NCBI GenBank assembly: GCA_016710095.1
Contig: JADJLL010000013.1
Span: forward strand, 6,458 to 70,457
Direction of reading: 5' to 3'
Source: Candidatus Eiseniibacteriota bacterium
GTDB taxonomy: Bacteria; Eisenbacteria; RBG-16-71-46
DNA length: 64,000 bases
The notes beneath the pieces are model-generated. The model was given only the letters and a program-made list of their open reading frames with translations. It ran no database searches and was not told the DNA's origin. Position numbers and translations under genes: made by a program. Below, one piece after another: positions 10,467 through 20,192 of the stretch (position 1 is its first letter; each line of letters begins with the position of its first letter).

Positions 10467-10990
10467 TCACGCGACACCCCGCTTGCGCGCCACCGAAAGT
10501 TCGATCCGGATCTTGTCGAGGTGGTCCACGAGCGCCGGGCACATCGCGTCGGCATGCGCGCCGCGCGCGAGGTGCGCGCGGTCACCGGCCATGAGCCGCC
10601 TCGGCCCCGACGCGATCGGCTGCCCGTCCGATCCCTGCATGCGATGCGCGAGCATGAGCAACAGCCGCTGCGTGCCGTGGGAGAGGGCGCTGATCGGGTC
10701 GAGGTAGAGCACGGACGCGCCGAGTTCGGACTCGGTGCTCGGGGGAAGTCCGGGTTCCAGCAGCCAGGTTTCGAGGGCGCGCACGAGCCGTCCTTCGTGT
10801 CGCGCGCAATCCAGGGCGAGGAACGATTCACGAGACAGCGGGCTCGCGCGATGGAATCTCCGCGCGATCGAGAGGCGTTCGTCGTGCGTGCCGCCCGTCA
10901 CGAGAAGATGCGACAGCCCGTGACGATGCAGCCGAAGCAGTGAGGCGGGGAGCCCGGCGACTGCTCCCCGCACGGCACCGTGTTTCACCG
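10467..10990 (-). CDS. Relic/degenerate sigma54-interaction (AAA+ EBP) domain protein with no receiver and no HTH
   Basis: The C-terminal ~150 aa of ORF 10467-11564 align to the EBP central domain: LLVTGGTHDERLSIARRFH (Walker A with K replaced, GGTHDE), ESELGAS, VLYLDPISALSHGTQRLLLMLAHRMQ (Walker B / RLLRVLQE region), CPALVDHLDKIRIEL (YRLNV...I.LPPL region). The GAFTGA loop is deleted. Coding-like GC3. The upstream part of the ORF is out of frame with the small secreted gene, so the start was placed near 10990 (a GTG is possible). Confidence 0.4.
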
Positions 10991-11343
10991 GCCGACCGGG
11001 CGAACCGACGAGCGGTTCGTCAGGGCAGACTGCAGCCTGCGTTCCCCCGAACCTCCGGCCGGCCGATACTGCGACTGCTTCTGGAATCGCGCGCTCGATC
11101 CCACCGAGGAGCCGCCGACCGGAGCGAAACGAAGCCCCACGAGGTAGGCGAGCCGCTGGGCGGGAGTGAGCGTGTCGAGCGCATCCGTGCTCGGCGCGTT
11201 GACGACCGACATCGTGCGTCCGTAGCCGGTGGGGTAGTCCGCGGTGGCGCCCTGTGCGCGCGCCGTCGTGAGGGAACCGGCGAGGACCGAGAGCGAGAGC
11301 GTGACTCCGATGACCAGTGCGGCGAGCTGGGCGACCTTCATGG
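10985..11343 (-). CDS. Small secreted protein (about 119 aa) of unknown function
   Basis: ATG at 11341-11343 (complement) with AAGGAG-like RBS. Signal peptide MKVAQLAALVIGVTLSLSVLAGSLTTARA-QG. GC3-rich codons. Preceded by a sigma54-like promoter element. Confidence 0.55.
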
Positions 11344-11398
11344 ATGGAGCTCCTTGAGAGAGGATGGTGACTCCCAACCGGGGGTAACCATTTCTCAA

Positions 11399-11414
11399 GG
11401 CCAGACCCGTGCCA
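11399..11414 (-). promoter_or_regulatory. Candidate sigma54 (-24/-12) promoter, TGGCAC-N5-TGGC, upstream of the small secreted protein gene
   Basis: The minus-strand sequence TGGCACGGGTCTGGCC has GG and GC separated by exactly 10 nt. It lies about 56-71 nt upstream of the ATG at 11343 in an unusually AT-richer intergenic stretch (11400-11600). Confidence 0.35.
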
Positions 11415-11600
11415 TGAAAATCCTGCCGCGCGACGCCTCACACGCGACGCTTCAACTTCCTGCGCCACAACGCACTGAAGCGGACACCACAAGCCATTGC
11501 TGAAGCGCGCAAAGAGAAGCGAGTTCGCCAACTCCTGCGAACTCGCGCGGGGAACCACGTTCAAGCGCTTGCGCGCGAAAGACCTGAGTCCGACTCGCAG

Positions 11601-14600
11601 CTACTTGCGAGTTCGTAGATTCTTGCGACCCTCCGGGAAGAGCTTCTTCAGGCGATAGCGCAGCGTCTGTTCGGCCATTCCGAGCTCGCGCGCCGCCTTG
11701 CTCTTGTTGCCGGCCGCGCGCTCGAGCGCCTCGTGGATGATTTCGCGCTCGAGCTCGACGAAGTGGTCACGAAGCTTCCGCCCGCGCGTGGGCTTCGTCC
11801 GTCCGGGCTTCGATTCGAGATCGCGCGGCATCGGATGCGGGTGCAGCACGCGACCGGGCGTCATCGCCATCACGCGCTCGACGTAGTTCTGCAGCTCGCG
11901 CACGTTCCCGGGCCAGTCGCTCTGCATGAGCGCCGCGAGGAACTCGGGCGAGAGCTCCGGGACGTCGCGCTCCTGCTGCTTCGCGAAGTGCGAGGCGAAG
12001 CTCTGGGCGAGCGCGGGAATGTCGGCCTTGCGCTCACGCAGAGGCGGCAACTCGATCGGCAGCACGTTGAGCCGGTAGTAGAGGTCCTCGCGGAACGAGC
12101 CGTCCTCGATCTTCCGCCGCAGGTCCTGGTTCGTCGCGGCGACGATGCGCACGTCCACCGCGATCGGCTCGCCGCCACCGACGGGCGTGATCTCGCGCGT
12201 CGAGAGCGCGGTGAGCAGTGCCACCTGCTGCGGCAGCGGCATGTCCCCGATCTCGTCGAGGAAGAGCGTGCCGCCGTCGGCCTGCTGGAAGCGGCCTTCG
12301 CGCCCACGCACACCGGTCGCGACGTTGGGGAGGATGCCGAACAGCTCGCTTTCGAGCAGCGTCATCGGGATCGCGCCGCAGTTGACCGACACGAACGGGC
12401 CCGAGGCACGGCGGCCCGTGTGGTGGATGATGCGCGCGATGCGTTCCTTGCCCGTGCCGTTCTCACCCGTGATGAGCACGGTCGTCGCCGTCTGCGATGC
12501 CCGTTCGGCCAACGCGAGCACGCGCTGCATCGCGGCGCTCATCCCCACGAAGTTCTGCGGCTGGAAGCGCACGCCGGCTTCGGCCCGGAGCGCGACGTTC
12601 TCGCCGGCAAGGCGCTCGTGCCGGAGCCGCTCCTGCTCCTGGCCGCGGCTCTTCTCGAGCGCGATCGTCACGAGGTGCGCGAAACCCTCGAGCAACGCGC
12701 GGTCGGCGTCCGTGAACGCGAGGCTGCGGCGCGAGTCGTCGAGGTACACGGCGCCGACCACGCGCCCCGCGCCGTAGAGCGGCACGCACACGATCGAGCG
12801 CAGGCTCAGGTCCACCATGCTCGCGGAGAGCCCGCCCGGATCGGTCTTCGCGTCGGGAATGAGCAGGCTGTCGCCGCTCGCCGCCACGCGCGCGACCGCC
12901 TCGCGGCTGTACGTCACCGCCTGGTCGCGCGTCGCGGCGTCCACCGCGCCCTGCTCGACCACGGGCACGAGTGCGCCGCTCTTTTCGTCCACGAGCAGCA
13001 GCACGCCGCGCTCGGCGTCGAGCTGCTCGACCGCCAGTTGCATCGCCCTGCGCGTGAGTTCACCGGAATCCGAGAGCGAATCGAGCAGGCGGCTCACGGA
13101 GCGGAGCAGCCCGCGACTCTCGGTGCGCGCGGGCGCGGCGCGTCCCACGCGGAGCCATTCGACGGAGAGCGCGAGCGATCGCTCGCGGCCACGATGATCG
13201 CCCAGCCGCTCGAAGGCGCCGGCCGCGACGTCGAGCCATTCGTCCACGGGCGCGGACACCGCGGCGCCCGCGGCGAGCCGCGCGCATTCGAGCGCGGCCT
13301 CGGCCCGGTCCGCGGGAGCGGCGAGATGGGCGAACGACTCGAGCGCGACGCGCGCGCGTTCGATCCCGTCGGCGGCGCGGCCCTGCGCGAGCGCGAGCTC
13401 CGCGCCGAGCAGCCGCGCATGGGCCGCCACGTAGGGGAGCGAGCGCGGCGCGATCCACCGTTCGACGCGCTCGAGCCGCGCGGCCGCGCCACGGAAATCG
13501 CGCCGCCGGAGTTGCGCGCGGCCGCACGCGATCAGGAGCTGCGAAACGCTCAGGCCGTCGCGGTCGCCCGCGGCTTCCAGGGCGAGCGACCAGACGGCTT
13601 CGGCCTCGGCCCACGCACCGGCCGCGGCGCGCACGCGCCCGAACTCGTAGCGCGACCATTCGAGCTCGGCGCCGAGCCCGAAGCGCAGCGCCCCGTCGAT
13701 CGCCCTGCGCGCCGCGCGATCGGCGGCGCCGAGGCGGCCCGCCACGCGCAACGCGTGCGCGTACACGCGCCAGGCGTACGGCTCGAGCCGCGGGAGGTAC
13801 GCGCGCATGAGCCGGATGCCGGTGCGCGCACGCCGCCGCGCGCGCGCCACGCGCCCGGTGATCGCATCCACGAGCGCGAGGCTCGTGTACGCCACCGCCG
13901 CGCCGCGAGGACGTCCGTCCTGGAGCGCGAGCCGCAGCGCCTGCGACAGCGCATGTTCGGCATCCTTCCAGCGCCCGCACTCGGCGTGCCGCGCGCCCTG
14001 CTGACCGAGGATCTCCTCGCTCGCGAGCCGCAGCCCGAGCGACGCCGCACGCGCGGAAGCCGCGGTGAGATGGCCTTCGAACGCCGCCTCGTCGCCGCGC
14101 GCGGAGGCGGCCGCGGCGCGCAGGATGAGCGCGCGCACCGAGCCTCCCTCGTGGTCGGCCTTCTCGAAGTGCGAGAGCGCACGCAGGGCGCTCGCATCGG
14201 CGTCTTCCGTGCGCCCGAGCACGAGCAGCACGGAGCCCAGCGTCAGGGCCGCGTATCCGCCCGCCTTGTCGTCGTCCGCTCGAGCGGCGACATCCACCGC
14301 GGCGCGGGCGTTCCGCTCGGCTTCCGGCAGCATGCCGCGCGAGAAGAACTGCGACGCGTGATTGACGAGCAACGAAGCATGGTCGGCTGCGGGAGGATTC
14401 TCCGCGAGCGCGCGCTCGACCGCCGCGCCCACGTCCGCCGGACGATCGGCGCGCAGCAGAGCGCTCGTGAGCAGCGTCCAGCGGGCGCCGCGCGCCACCA
14501 CGTCGCCCTCGCCGGCGCGCAGCGAGCGCTCGAGGTGCGCGATCGCTTCGCGATGCTTGCCGCGATCGAGCAGCATCCGGCCCGCGCTCTCGTGCCATTC

Positions 14601-16673
14601 GGCCGCGCGTTCGGGCGCCGCCCGATCGGCGAGCGCCGCGGCACGTCGCGCGATCCGCTCGTCGGCGCCGGCGAGCAGCGCCGCCTTCGCCGCGGCGAGC
14701 GCGCTGTCGACGTCGCCCGCGCCTTCGTGGTGACGGAAACGCTCGGAGGCGTTCGCGTCCGGCAGTCCGAGCGCCGTGTGATGAAGCTCACGCACGCGGC
14801 CCGTCTCGAGCCCGGCGAGCAGGCGGCGGCTCAGTGCCGGCGGGTGCAGCCCCAGCCGGCCGTCGCCCGTGCGCTGCGCGAGGCGCGCCTGCACGAGCGC
14901 GTCGAGCGCGTCCTCGCTCGCTTCGGCGGTGAAGTGCGCGAGCATGTCGAGCGAAGCGGGCCGGTCGAGCACCGCCAGTGCCTCGGCCACGGCGCGCGAG
15001 GAAGCAGGCAGCGCGGCCAGCCGCCGCAGGAGCGAGGCCTCGAATCCTTCGGGCAGCGGGAGCGCGGCCAGCGCCTCGCGATCCACTTCGAGTCCCGCCT
15101 CGCCCTCACGCACCGCACCGGAAGTCGCGGCCGCGAGCAACGATTCGACGAGCAGGCCGGGGTGTCCGCCCGAGCGCGACCAGAGAAACTCGCGCAGCGA
15201 TTCCGGTGCGTCCTCGTGCAGTCGCGCGGCCGCGAGCCGGTCCGCGCCCGGACGATCGAGCACGCCGAGCGTCAGTTCGGCCGCCTGGCCCGCGCGCACG
15301 AGCATGCGGTCTTCGTGTGGCGCCGGGGCGCCTTCGGTGCGGCGCGCCCAGATCCAGCGCGCGCCGGCCGCATCCTCGTGCAGCGCGGCCGCGCGCAGGA
15401 TCGCGTGCGAGAGCGAGTCGATGCGTTCGCAATCGTCGAGCAGCACGACCGGCGCGCGGCCTCGCCCGGCGAGCATCCCGCACCAATGCGCCGCGGCATG
15501 CGCGAGGGAAGGAATGGAGTTCGCCATCTCGGCCGGATCGGCGCGTTCGATCGTCTTGCGTGCGGCGAACGTCTCGCTTCCGCCGTCGCCCGCCTCCGCT
15601 TCGAGTCTCAGCAGCACGGCCAGCGCGGCGGCTCCCGGCGCCTCGGCGTGCGCGCAGTGCAACCGCACCACCGCGCGGCCCGCGAGCGTCGCTCGCACGG
15701 CGAGTTCGGTGAGCAGCGCGGTCTTGCCGATACCGGGCTCGCCACCGACGAGCACGATCGGCGGCGCGTCGGGAGCGGGCGCGAGCAGGCGTTCGAGACG
15801 GGCCAGTTCGCGATCGCGCGAAGTCAGCGACTCCGACTGCACGCGCTCCGCCAGAGCGCGTCGCGCGATCGGATGAATGCGTTCGAGCTCGCGGCGCACT
15901 TCGCGCGCGTCGTTCGGGCGCTCGCTCGCGGCCGGGGCCATGAGCCGCAGCACGAGCCGCACGAGCGGTCCCGCGAGACCGGCTTCCTCGAGCGCCGCCG
16001 CGGGAGGGGCCGCGCTCTGCTGGCGGCGCAGCGCCTGGATCGCGGCCGGACCGTCGGGCGTGACGCGCTTCGCCGCGAGCGCGTAGAGCATCGCGCCGAG
16101 GCCGTAGAGATCCGAAGCCACGCTCGGCGATTCGCCGCGCACGACTTCCGGCGCGGCGAAGCCTGCGGTGCCGCGATGCCCTTCGAGATCCCGTCCCATG
16201 AGCGAGGCGAGCCCGAAGTCCACGAGCCGAACGCCGGCGGGGAGCGATTCGCCCTCGCGGGGCGGGAGCAGCAGGAGGTTCGAGGGCTTCAGGTCACCGT
16301 GCACCACACCGGCCGCGTGCAGCGCTTCGAGTCCCTGCGCCACGTGCGCGGCGACGAAGCAGAGCGACTCGGTGTCCCAGGCGCGCTCGGCCTTGTCGGC
16401 GGCGGCGCCGGGCACGTACTCCATCGTCAGGTAAGGCGCGCCGTCGGGGGCGAAACCGAGCTCGAGCACCGAGACGACCGAAGGGTGGCGCACGCGGGCG
16501 AGGAGTTCGAATTCGCGGCGAAGCGAGCCGGGAGCGACCCGCAGCACGTCCGGATCGAGGCGCTTGAGCACGCACTCGGTGCCCGTCGACAAGTCGCGTG
16601 CGAGCCACACCGTGCCCATGCCGCCCTGGCCCAGTGACCGCAAGAGTTCGTATCGCCCCGCGAAACGTTCCAT
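11601..16673 (-). CDS. Giant multidomain regulator: Ser/Thr protein kinase, AAA/NB-ARC-like ATPase, long TPR-like helical region, GAF domain, sigma54-interaction AAA+ domain and C-terminal Fis-type HTH
   Basis: Kinase motifs: GQGGMGTVWLARD...VLKRL, HGDLKPSN (non-RD), DFGLA, APE. P-loop: VGGEPGIGKTALL. GAF: LLLVDEKSGALVP...VCVPLY. EBP: VLITGENGTGKERIARIIH...ESELFG...GGTLFLDEIGDM...VRIVAATNQDL...FREDLYYRLNVLPIELPPLRERKADI. HTH: AARELGMAEQTLRYRLKKL. The start is taken at MERFAGRYELL (16673); the ORF extends to 16748. Confidence 0.85.
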   Translation of the reverse strand: MERFAGRYELLRSLGQGGMGTVWLARDLSTGTECVLKRLDPDVLRVAPGSLRREFELLARVRHPSVVSVLELGFAPDGAPYLTMEYVPGAAADKAERAWDTESLCFVAAHVAQGLEALHAAGVVHGDLKPSNLLLLPPREGESLPAGVRLVDFGLASLMGRDLEGHRGTAGFAAPEVVRGESPSVASDLYGLGAMLYALAAKRVTPDGPAAIQALRRQQSAAPPAAALEEAGLAGPLVRLVLRLMAPAASERPNDAREVRRELERIHPIARRALAERVQSESLTSRDRELARLERLLAPAPDAPPIVLVGGEPGIGKTALLTELAVRATLAGRAVVRLHCAHAEAPGAAALAVLLRLEAEAGDGGSETFAARKTIERADPAEMANSIPSLAHAAAHWCGMLAGRGRAPVVLLDDCERIDSLSHAILRAAALHEDAAGARWIWARRTEGAPAPHEDRMLVRAGQAAELTLGVLDRPGADRLAAARLHEDAPESLREFLWSRSGGHPGLLVESLLAAATSGAVREGEAGLEVDREALAALPLPEGFEASLLRRLAALPASSRAVAEALAVLDRPASLDMLAHFTAEASEDALDALVQARLAQRTGDGRLGLHPPALSRRLLAGLETGRVRELHHTALGLPDANASERFRHHEGAGDVDSALAAAKAALLAGADERIARRAAALADRAAPERAAEWHESAGRMLLDRGKHREAIAHLERSLRAGEGDVVARGARWTLLTSALLRADRPADVGAAVERALAENPPAADHASLLVNHASQFFSRGMLPEAERNARAAVDVAARADDDKAGGYAALTLGSVLLVLGRTEDADASALRALSHFEKADHEGGSVRALILRAAAASARGDEAAFEGHLTAASARAASLGLRLASEEILGQQGARHAECGRWKDAEHALSQALRLALQDGRPRGAAVAYTSLALVDAITGRVARARRRARTGIRLMRAYLPRLEPYAWRVYAHALRVAGRLGAADRAARRAIDGALRFGLGAELEWSRYEFGRVRAAAGAWAEAEAVWSLALEAAGDRDGLSVSQLLIACGRAQLRRRDFRGAAARLERVERWIAPRSLPYVAAHARLLGAELALAQGRAADGIERARVALESFAHLAAPADRAEAALECARLAAGAAVSAPVDEWLDVAAGAFERLGDHRGRERSLALSVEWLRVGRAAPARTESRGLLRSVSRLLDSLSDSGELTRRAMQLAVEQLDAERGVLLLVDEKSGALVPVVEQGAVDAATRDQAVTYSREAVARVAASGDSLLIPDAKTDPGGLSASMVDLSLRSIVCVPLYGAGRVVGAVYLDDSRRSLAFTDADRALLEGFAHLVTIALEKSRGQEQERLRHERLAGENVALRAEAGVRFQPQNFVGMSAAMQRVLALAERASQTATTVLITGENGTGKERIARIIHHTGRRASGPFVSVNCGAIPMTLLESELFGILPNVATGVRGREGRFQQADGGTLFLDEIGDMPLPQQVALLTALSTREITPVGGGEPIAVDVRIVAATNQDLRRKIEDGSFREDLYYRLNVLPIELPPLRERKADIPALAQSFASHFAKQQERDVPELSPEFLAALMQSDWPGNVRELQNYVERVMAMTPGRVLHPHPMPRDLESKPGRTKPTRGRKLRDHFVELEREIIHEALERAAGNKSKAARELGMAEQTLRYRLKKLFPEGRKNLRTRK

Positions 16674-16892
16674 GGCCCGCCCGGCACGAGCCTCACCGGG
16701 CACGCGTCGGCCGACTCGTGCGCACCAGCGAGGGTCTGGTCCGTTCACGATAGCGACTTCGCGCGACGCACGTAAAGGACTGCCTTACGTCGACCCGAGA
16801 TCTGTTCGCTTTCCCCGTCCGGAGCGTAGAACAGAGCGAGCCCCTGCCTCTGGCGCCAGTCGGCGCCGCGATCTCCCTCCGCGAGGAAACGC

Positions 16893-19328
16893 ATGAATCA
16901 TCGGACCCCACGACGGCTGCTGCTCGCCTGCGCCACGATCCTGTCGCTCTCCGCCTCCTTCGCACACGCCTGGACGCACAACCCCGCGACCTCCGGGATG
17001 AGCGTGCGGACGCCGGCGGTGGCCGGCGACCAGAACCCCACGACGGTCTCCGACGGCGCGGGAGGAGTGATCGTGGTCTACAACGGTGCGGGTAACCGCA
17101 TCTACGCCCAGCGCATCGACGCGGCCGGCAATCGCCTCTGGGGAACCGATGGCATCGCCGTGACGACCGGCGCCCAGGCCTCGTTCTATCCGGTCGCGGC
17201 GCCGGACGGAGCGGGTGGTGTCTACATGGCGTGGACCGACGGTCGCAACATCGTCTCGACGGGCTTCGATCTCTACATGCAGCGGCTGAACTCCGCGGGC
17301 GTCGCCCAGTGGACCGCCAACGGCGTGGCGCTCTGTACGGCCGCGGGCGACCAGATCACCGTTCGGATCGCGCCGGAACCGGGTGGCGGCATGCTCGCCG
17401 CATGGGAAGACGGCCGCGTCATCTCGGCGGTGGACATCTATGCGCAGCGCGTCGCGGCCAACGGCGTACCGCAGTGGACCATCGGAGGCGTCGCCGTGTG
17501 CACCGCCGCCGGCAACCAGACGCGCCCCGTGCTCGCGCCCATCGTCGGTGTGAGTTCACTCAGCATGTTCGTCGCATGGCAGGACGCGCGCACGGACGGC
17601 GGCGACATCTACCTGCAGGTGGTCAACACCACGGGAGCCATGACTCTCGCCGTGGGCGGCGTTGCCGTCCACAACGTCACGACGAACACGCAATCGGCTC
17701 CTGAGATCGTTTCGGACGGCGGCCAGCTCGCGACGATCGCGTGGCTCGACGATCGCGCCGGTTCCGGTGCGGCGGACCTCTACGCGCAGAAGGTGAATAT
17801 CGCCGGCGCGCGTTTGTTCGCGATCTCCGGTGTCGCGATCTGCTCGGCGGTCGGCGCGTGCGCCTCGCATTCCGTCACGAGCGACGGCCAGGGTGGCGTG
17901 ATCGCCGCATGGTCCGACACGCGCACCGGCTTCAACGACATCTACGCCCGCCGCCTCGACTCGCAGGGCACCGCACGATGGACGGCCGACGGCTCGCTGG
18001 TGTGCGCGGCTCCGGGTAGCCAGACCGAGCCGGTCGTGCTCGCCGACGCCTACGGTGGATGTTTCGTCACGTGGCGAGACGCGCGCGCGGGGATGGCCGA
18101 TCTCTACGGCCAGCGCATGAACGCCGCCGGTACGGCGCTCTGGACCGCGGATGGCGCGGCGATCTGCACCGCGCCTTACGACCAGAACGACGTCGCGCTG
18201 GCGCTCGGCGCGAACAACGATCTGTTCGTCGCCTGGAACGACTACCGCACGCTCGTGTCGAACACGCACCTCTACGTTCAGCGCGTGGACGAGTGGGGCA
18301 TGCTCGGCGCCGAACCCGTGATCCGCTCGGTCGCCGACGTGCCGAACGACCAGGGCGGTCTCGTGAAGCTCAGCTGGGACGCGAGCGCGCTCGACACCGA
18401 TCCCGCGTTCCGGAACATCGCGGACTACCAGGTCTTCCGGTCGGCGCCGCCGTCGGCAGCGGCTTCGGCGCGCGCGCGTGGCGCGTTGCGCTCGATGGCC
18501 GACGCGACGGGCGACGAAACGGCCGGAACGTTCTTCGTGCAGCGGCTCGCCGCGGCCGAGTACTACTGGGAACTCCTCACCACCGTCGGCGCTTCGCACC
18601 TGAGCCGCTACAGCGTGCTCGCCGCGACGAGCGGCGATTCCGTCGGCGGCTCGAACCCGCGCACGGGCTTCCTCGTCATGGCGCGTACCGCCGGCGCGAC
18701 CCAGTGGTGGACGTCGAACGCGGACTCCGGATACAGCGTGGACAATCTCGCGCCCGCGGCCCCGGCGCCGCTCACGGGACAGTACGCGGCGGGAGAGACG
18801 CGCCTGCACTGGAACCCGAACCACGAAGCCGACCTCGCCGGTTACCGGCTCTATCGCGGGAGTACGGCCGGCTTCGCCACGGACGGTGCGCACTTCGTGA
18901 GCGAAGTGCCCGACACGGGTTACACGGACACCGTGGGCGCGCCCTACTTCTACAAGCTCGTCGCGGTGGACTCGCACGGCAACACGTCGCCCGTCGCGAC
19001 GCTCGCGCCGACGGGCACGACGGACGTCGAGGGCGCGGCGATTCGCGTGCTCGCGTTCTCCTCGCCGAGTCCCAATCCGGCGCCGCGCGCGCTCGGCGCC
19101 CGGCTGAGCTTCACGCTTCCGGTCGCGGGCCACGCACGCCTGGCCGTGCTCGACGCCGCGGGCCGCGCGGTGCGCACACTCGCGGACGGCACGCGCGAGG
19201 CGGGAGCGTGGGACGTGCGCTTCGACGGTCGCGACGATCGGGGCGCCGCGCTCGCGCCCGGGCTGTACTTCGCTCGCCTCACCACGGCGTCGGGGTCGCT
19301 CACGCGCCGGATCGTGCTGACCGACTAG
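16893..19328 (+). CDS. Secreted repeat protein (about 10 tandem repeats of the type D-IYAQR-AAG--WT--G), Fn3-like domain and C-terminal FlgD-Ig/T9SS-type sorting domain
   Basis: ATG at 16893 with GAGGA RBS. Signal peptide MNHRTPRRLLLACATILSLSASFAHA. Repeats DIYAQRV/DLYAQKV/DIYARRL/DLYGQRM/LYVQRV. Fn3-like (GETRLHWNPNHEADLAGYRLYRG). Tail GLYFARLTTASGSLTRRIVLTD. Confidence 0.8.
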   Translation: MNHRTPRRLLLACATILSLSASFAHAWTHNPATSGMSVRTPAVAGDQNPTTVSDGAGGVIVVYNGAGNRIYAQRIDAAGNRLWGTDGIAVTTGAQASFYPVAAPDGAGGVYMAWTDGRNIVSTGFDLYMQRLNSAGVAQWTANGVALCTAAGDQITVRIAPEPGGGMLAAWEDGRVISAVDIYAQRVAANGVPQWTIGGVAVCTAAGNQTRPVLAPIVGVSSLSMFVAWQDARTDGGDIYLQVVNTTGAMTLAVGGVAVHNVTTNTQSAPEIVSDGGQLATIAWLDDRAGSGAADLYAQKVNIAGARLFAISGVAICSAVGACASHSVTSDGQGGVIAAWSDTRTGFNDIYARRLDSQGTARWTADGSLVCAAPGSQTEPVVLADAYGGCFVTWRDARAGMADLYGQRMNAAGTALWTADGAAICTAPYDQNDVALALGANNDLFVAWNDYRTLVSNTHLYVQRVDEWGMLGAEPVIRSVADVPNDQGGLVKLSWDASALDTDPAFRNIADYQVFRSAPPSAAASARARGALRSMADATGDETAGTFFVQRLAAAEYYWELLTTVGASHLSRYSVLAATSGDSVGGSNPRTGFLVMARTAGATQWWTSNADSGYSVDNLAPAAPAPLTGQYAAGETRLHWNPNHEADLAGYRLYRGSTAGFATDGAHFVSEVPDTGYTDTVGAPYFYKLVAVDSHGNTSPVATLAPTGTTDVEGAAIRVLAFSSPSPNPAPRALGARLSFTLPVAGHARLAVLDAAGRAVRTLADGTREAGAWDVRFDGRDDRGAALAPGLYFARLTTASGSLTRRIVLTD

Positions 19329-19340
19329 GCATGCTTCGGG

Positions 19341-19370
19341 CGCGGCGCCGACGTGGCGCCGCGCCCGCTT
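19341..19370. terminator. Bidirectional terminator hairpin between convergent genes
   Basis: GGGCGCGGCGCC-gacgt-GGCGCCGCGCCC, followed by gcttcgtttacg. Confidence 0.45.
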
Positions 19371-19373
19371 CGT

Positions 19374-20192
19374 TTACGCCTTCACCGCGCGCGACATGAG
19401 ATAGCTCTGCCGCATCTGGTTCATCTCGAAGTACTCGGCGGCGAGCGCGTCGAACTCCGCGCGGAACTGCTCCAGCTTCCCGGAGTCGCTTCCCGATAGC
19501 GATTCGACGAGCTTCCGCACCGGCCCTGCGGTGTGCTCCGTGAAGTGCCGCACGTGCTGCGGACTGAGCGTGTTGATGTTCATCATGTCGCGCTCGAACA
19601 CGAGATCGCGCACGCGGTCACCGAGCCGTTCGCGCACGACACCCGGTTCGCCCCAGAGCACGGGCGACATCGCGCCCGGCGGCGGTGGCGGCGCATAGCG
19701 CGCGGTGAGCGCGAACATGCGTCCGGTGAAGTGATCCGGCGGCCAGGTCGAGAACGCGATCGTCCCGCCGGGCTTGAGCACGCGCAGCATCTCGGTGACC
19801 GCCACGTCGGGGCGCGGTGCGAACATGTGCCCGAACTGGCTGATGACGACGTCGAACTGCGCGTCACCGAACGGCAGCGCTTCGACGTCGGCGACGCGCC
19901 ACTCCACGTCCACGTGCGAGACGCGCGAGTTCTCGGCGGCCTGCGCGAGCAACTCCGGTGTGAGGTCGGTGCCCATCACGTTCGCGCCGAGCCGAGCCGC
20001 GGTGATGGCCGTGACGCCGGTGCCCGATCCCACGTCGAGCACGCGCTGTCCCGCCGTGATGCGCGCGAAGCGCACGAGGCGCGCAGCGGGAGGAGTGGTG
20101 AAGATCGCGCGCGGGCCGAAGTGCGACCAGCCTTCGCGCTGCACGGCCTTGAATGCCGCGAACGGATCGGGTGCGGGTGAGAGAGGGGACAT
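19374..20192 (-). CDS. Class I SAM-dependent methyltransferase
   Basis: Motif I VLDVGSGTGVTAITAARLGANVMGTDL, post-I acidic residue, and motif II/III (LKPGGTIAFSTW). Confidence 0.8.
   Translation of the reverse strand: MSPLSPAPDPFAAFKAVQREGWSHFGPRAIFTTPPAARLVRFARITAGQRVLDVGSGTGVTAITAARLGANVMGTDLTPELLAQAAENSRVSHVDVEWRVADVEALPFGDAQFDVVISQFGHMFAPRPDVAVTEMLRVLKPGGTIAFSTWPPDHFTGRMFALTARYAPPPPPGAMSPVLWGEPGVVRERLGDRVRDLVFERDMMNINTLSPQHVRHFTEHTAGPVRKLVESLSGSDSGKLEQFRAEFDALAAEYFEMNQMRQSYLMSRAVKA

Noticed and set aside
10247-10831. 194-aa ORF in another frame across the HK / relic-EBP junction.
   Set aside because: Ser/Arg-rich low-complexity translation. The overlapping frames carry clear HK and AAA+ motifs.
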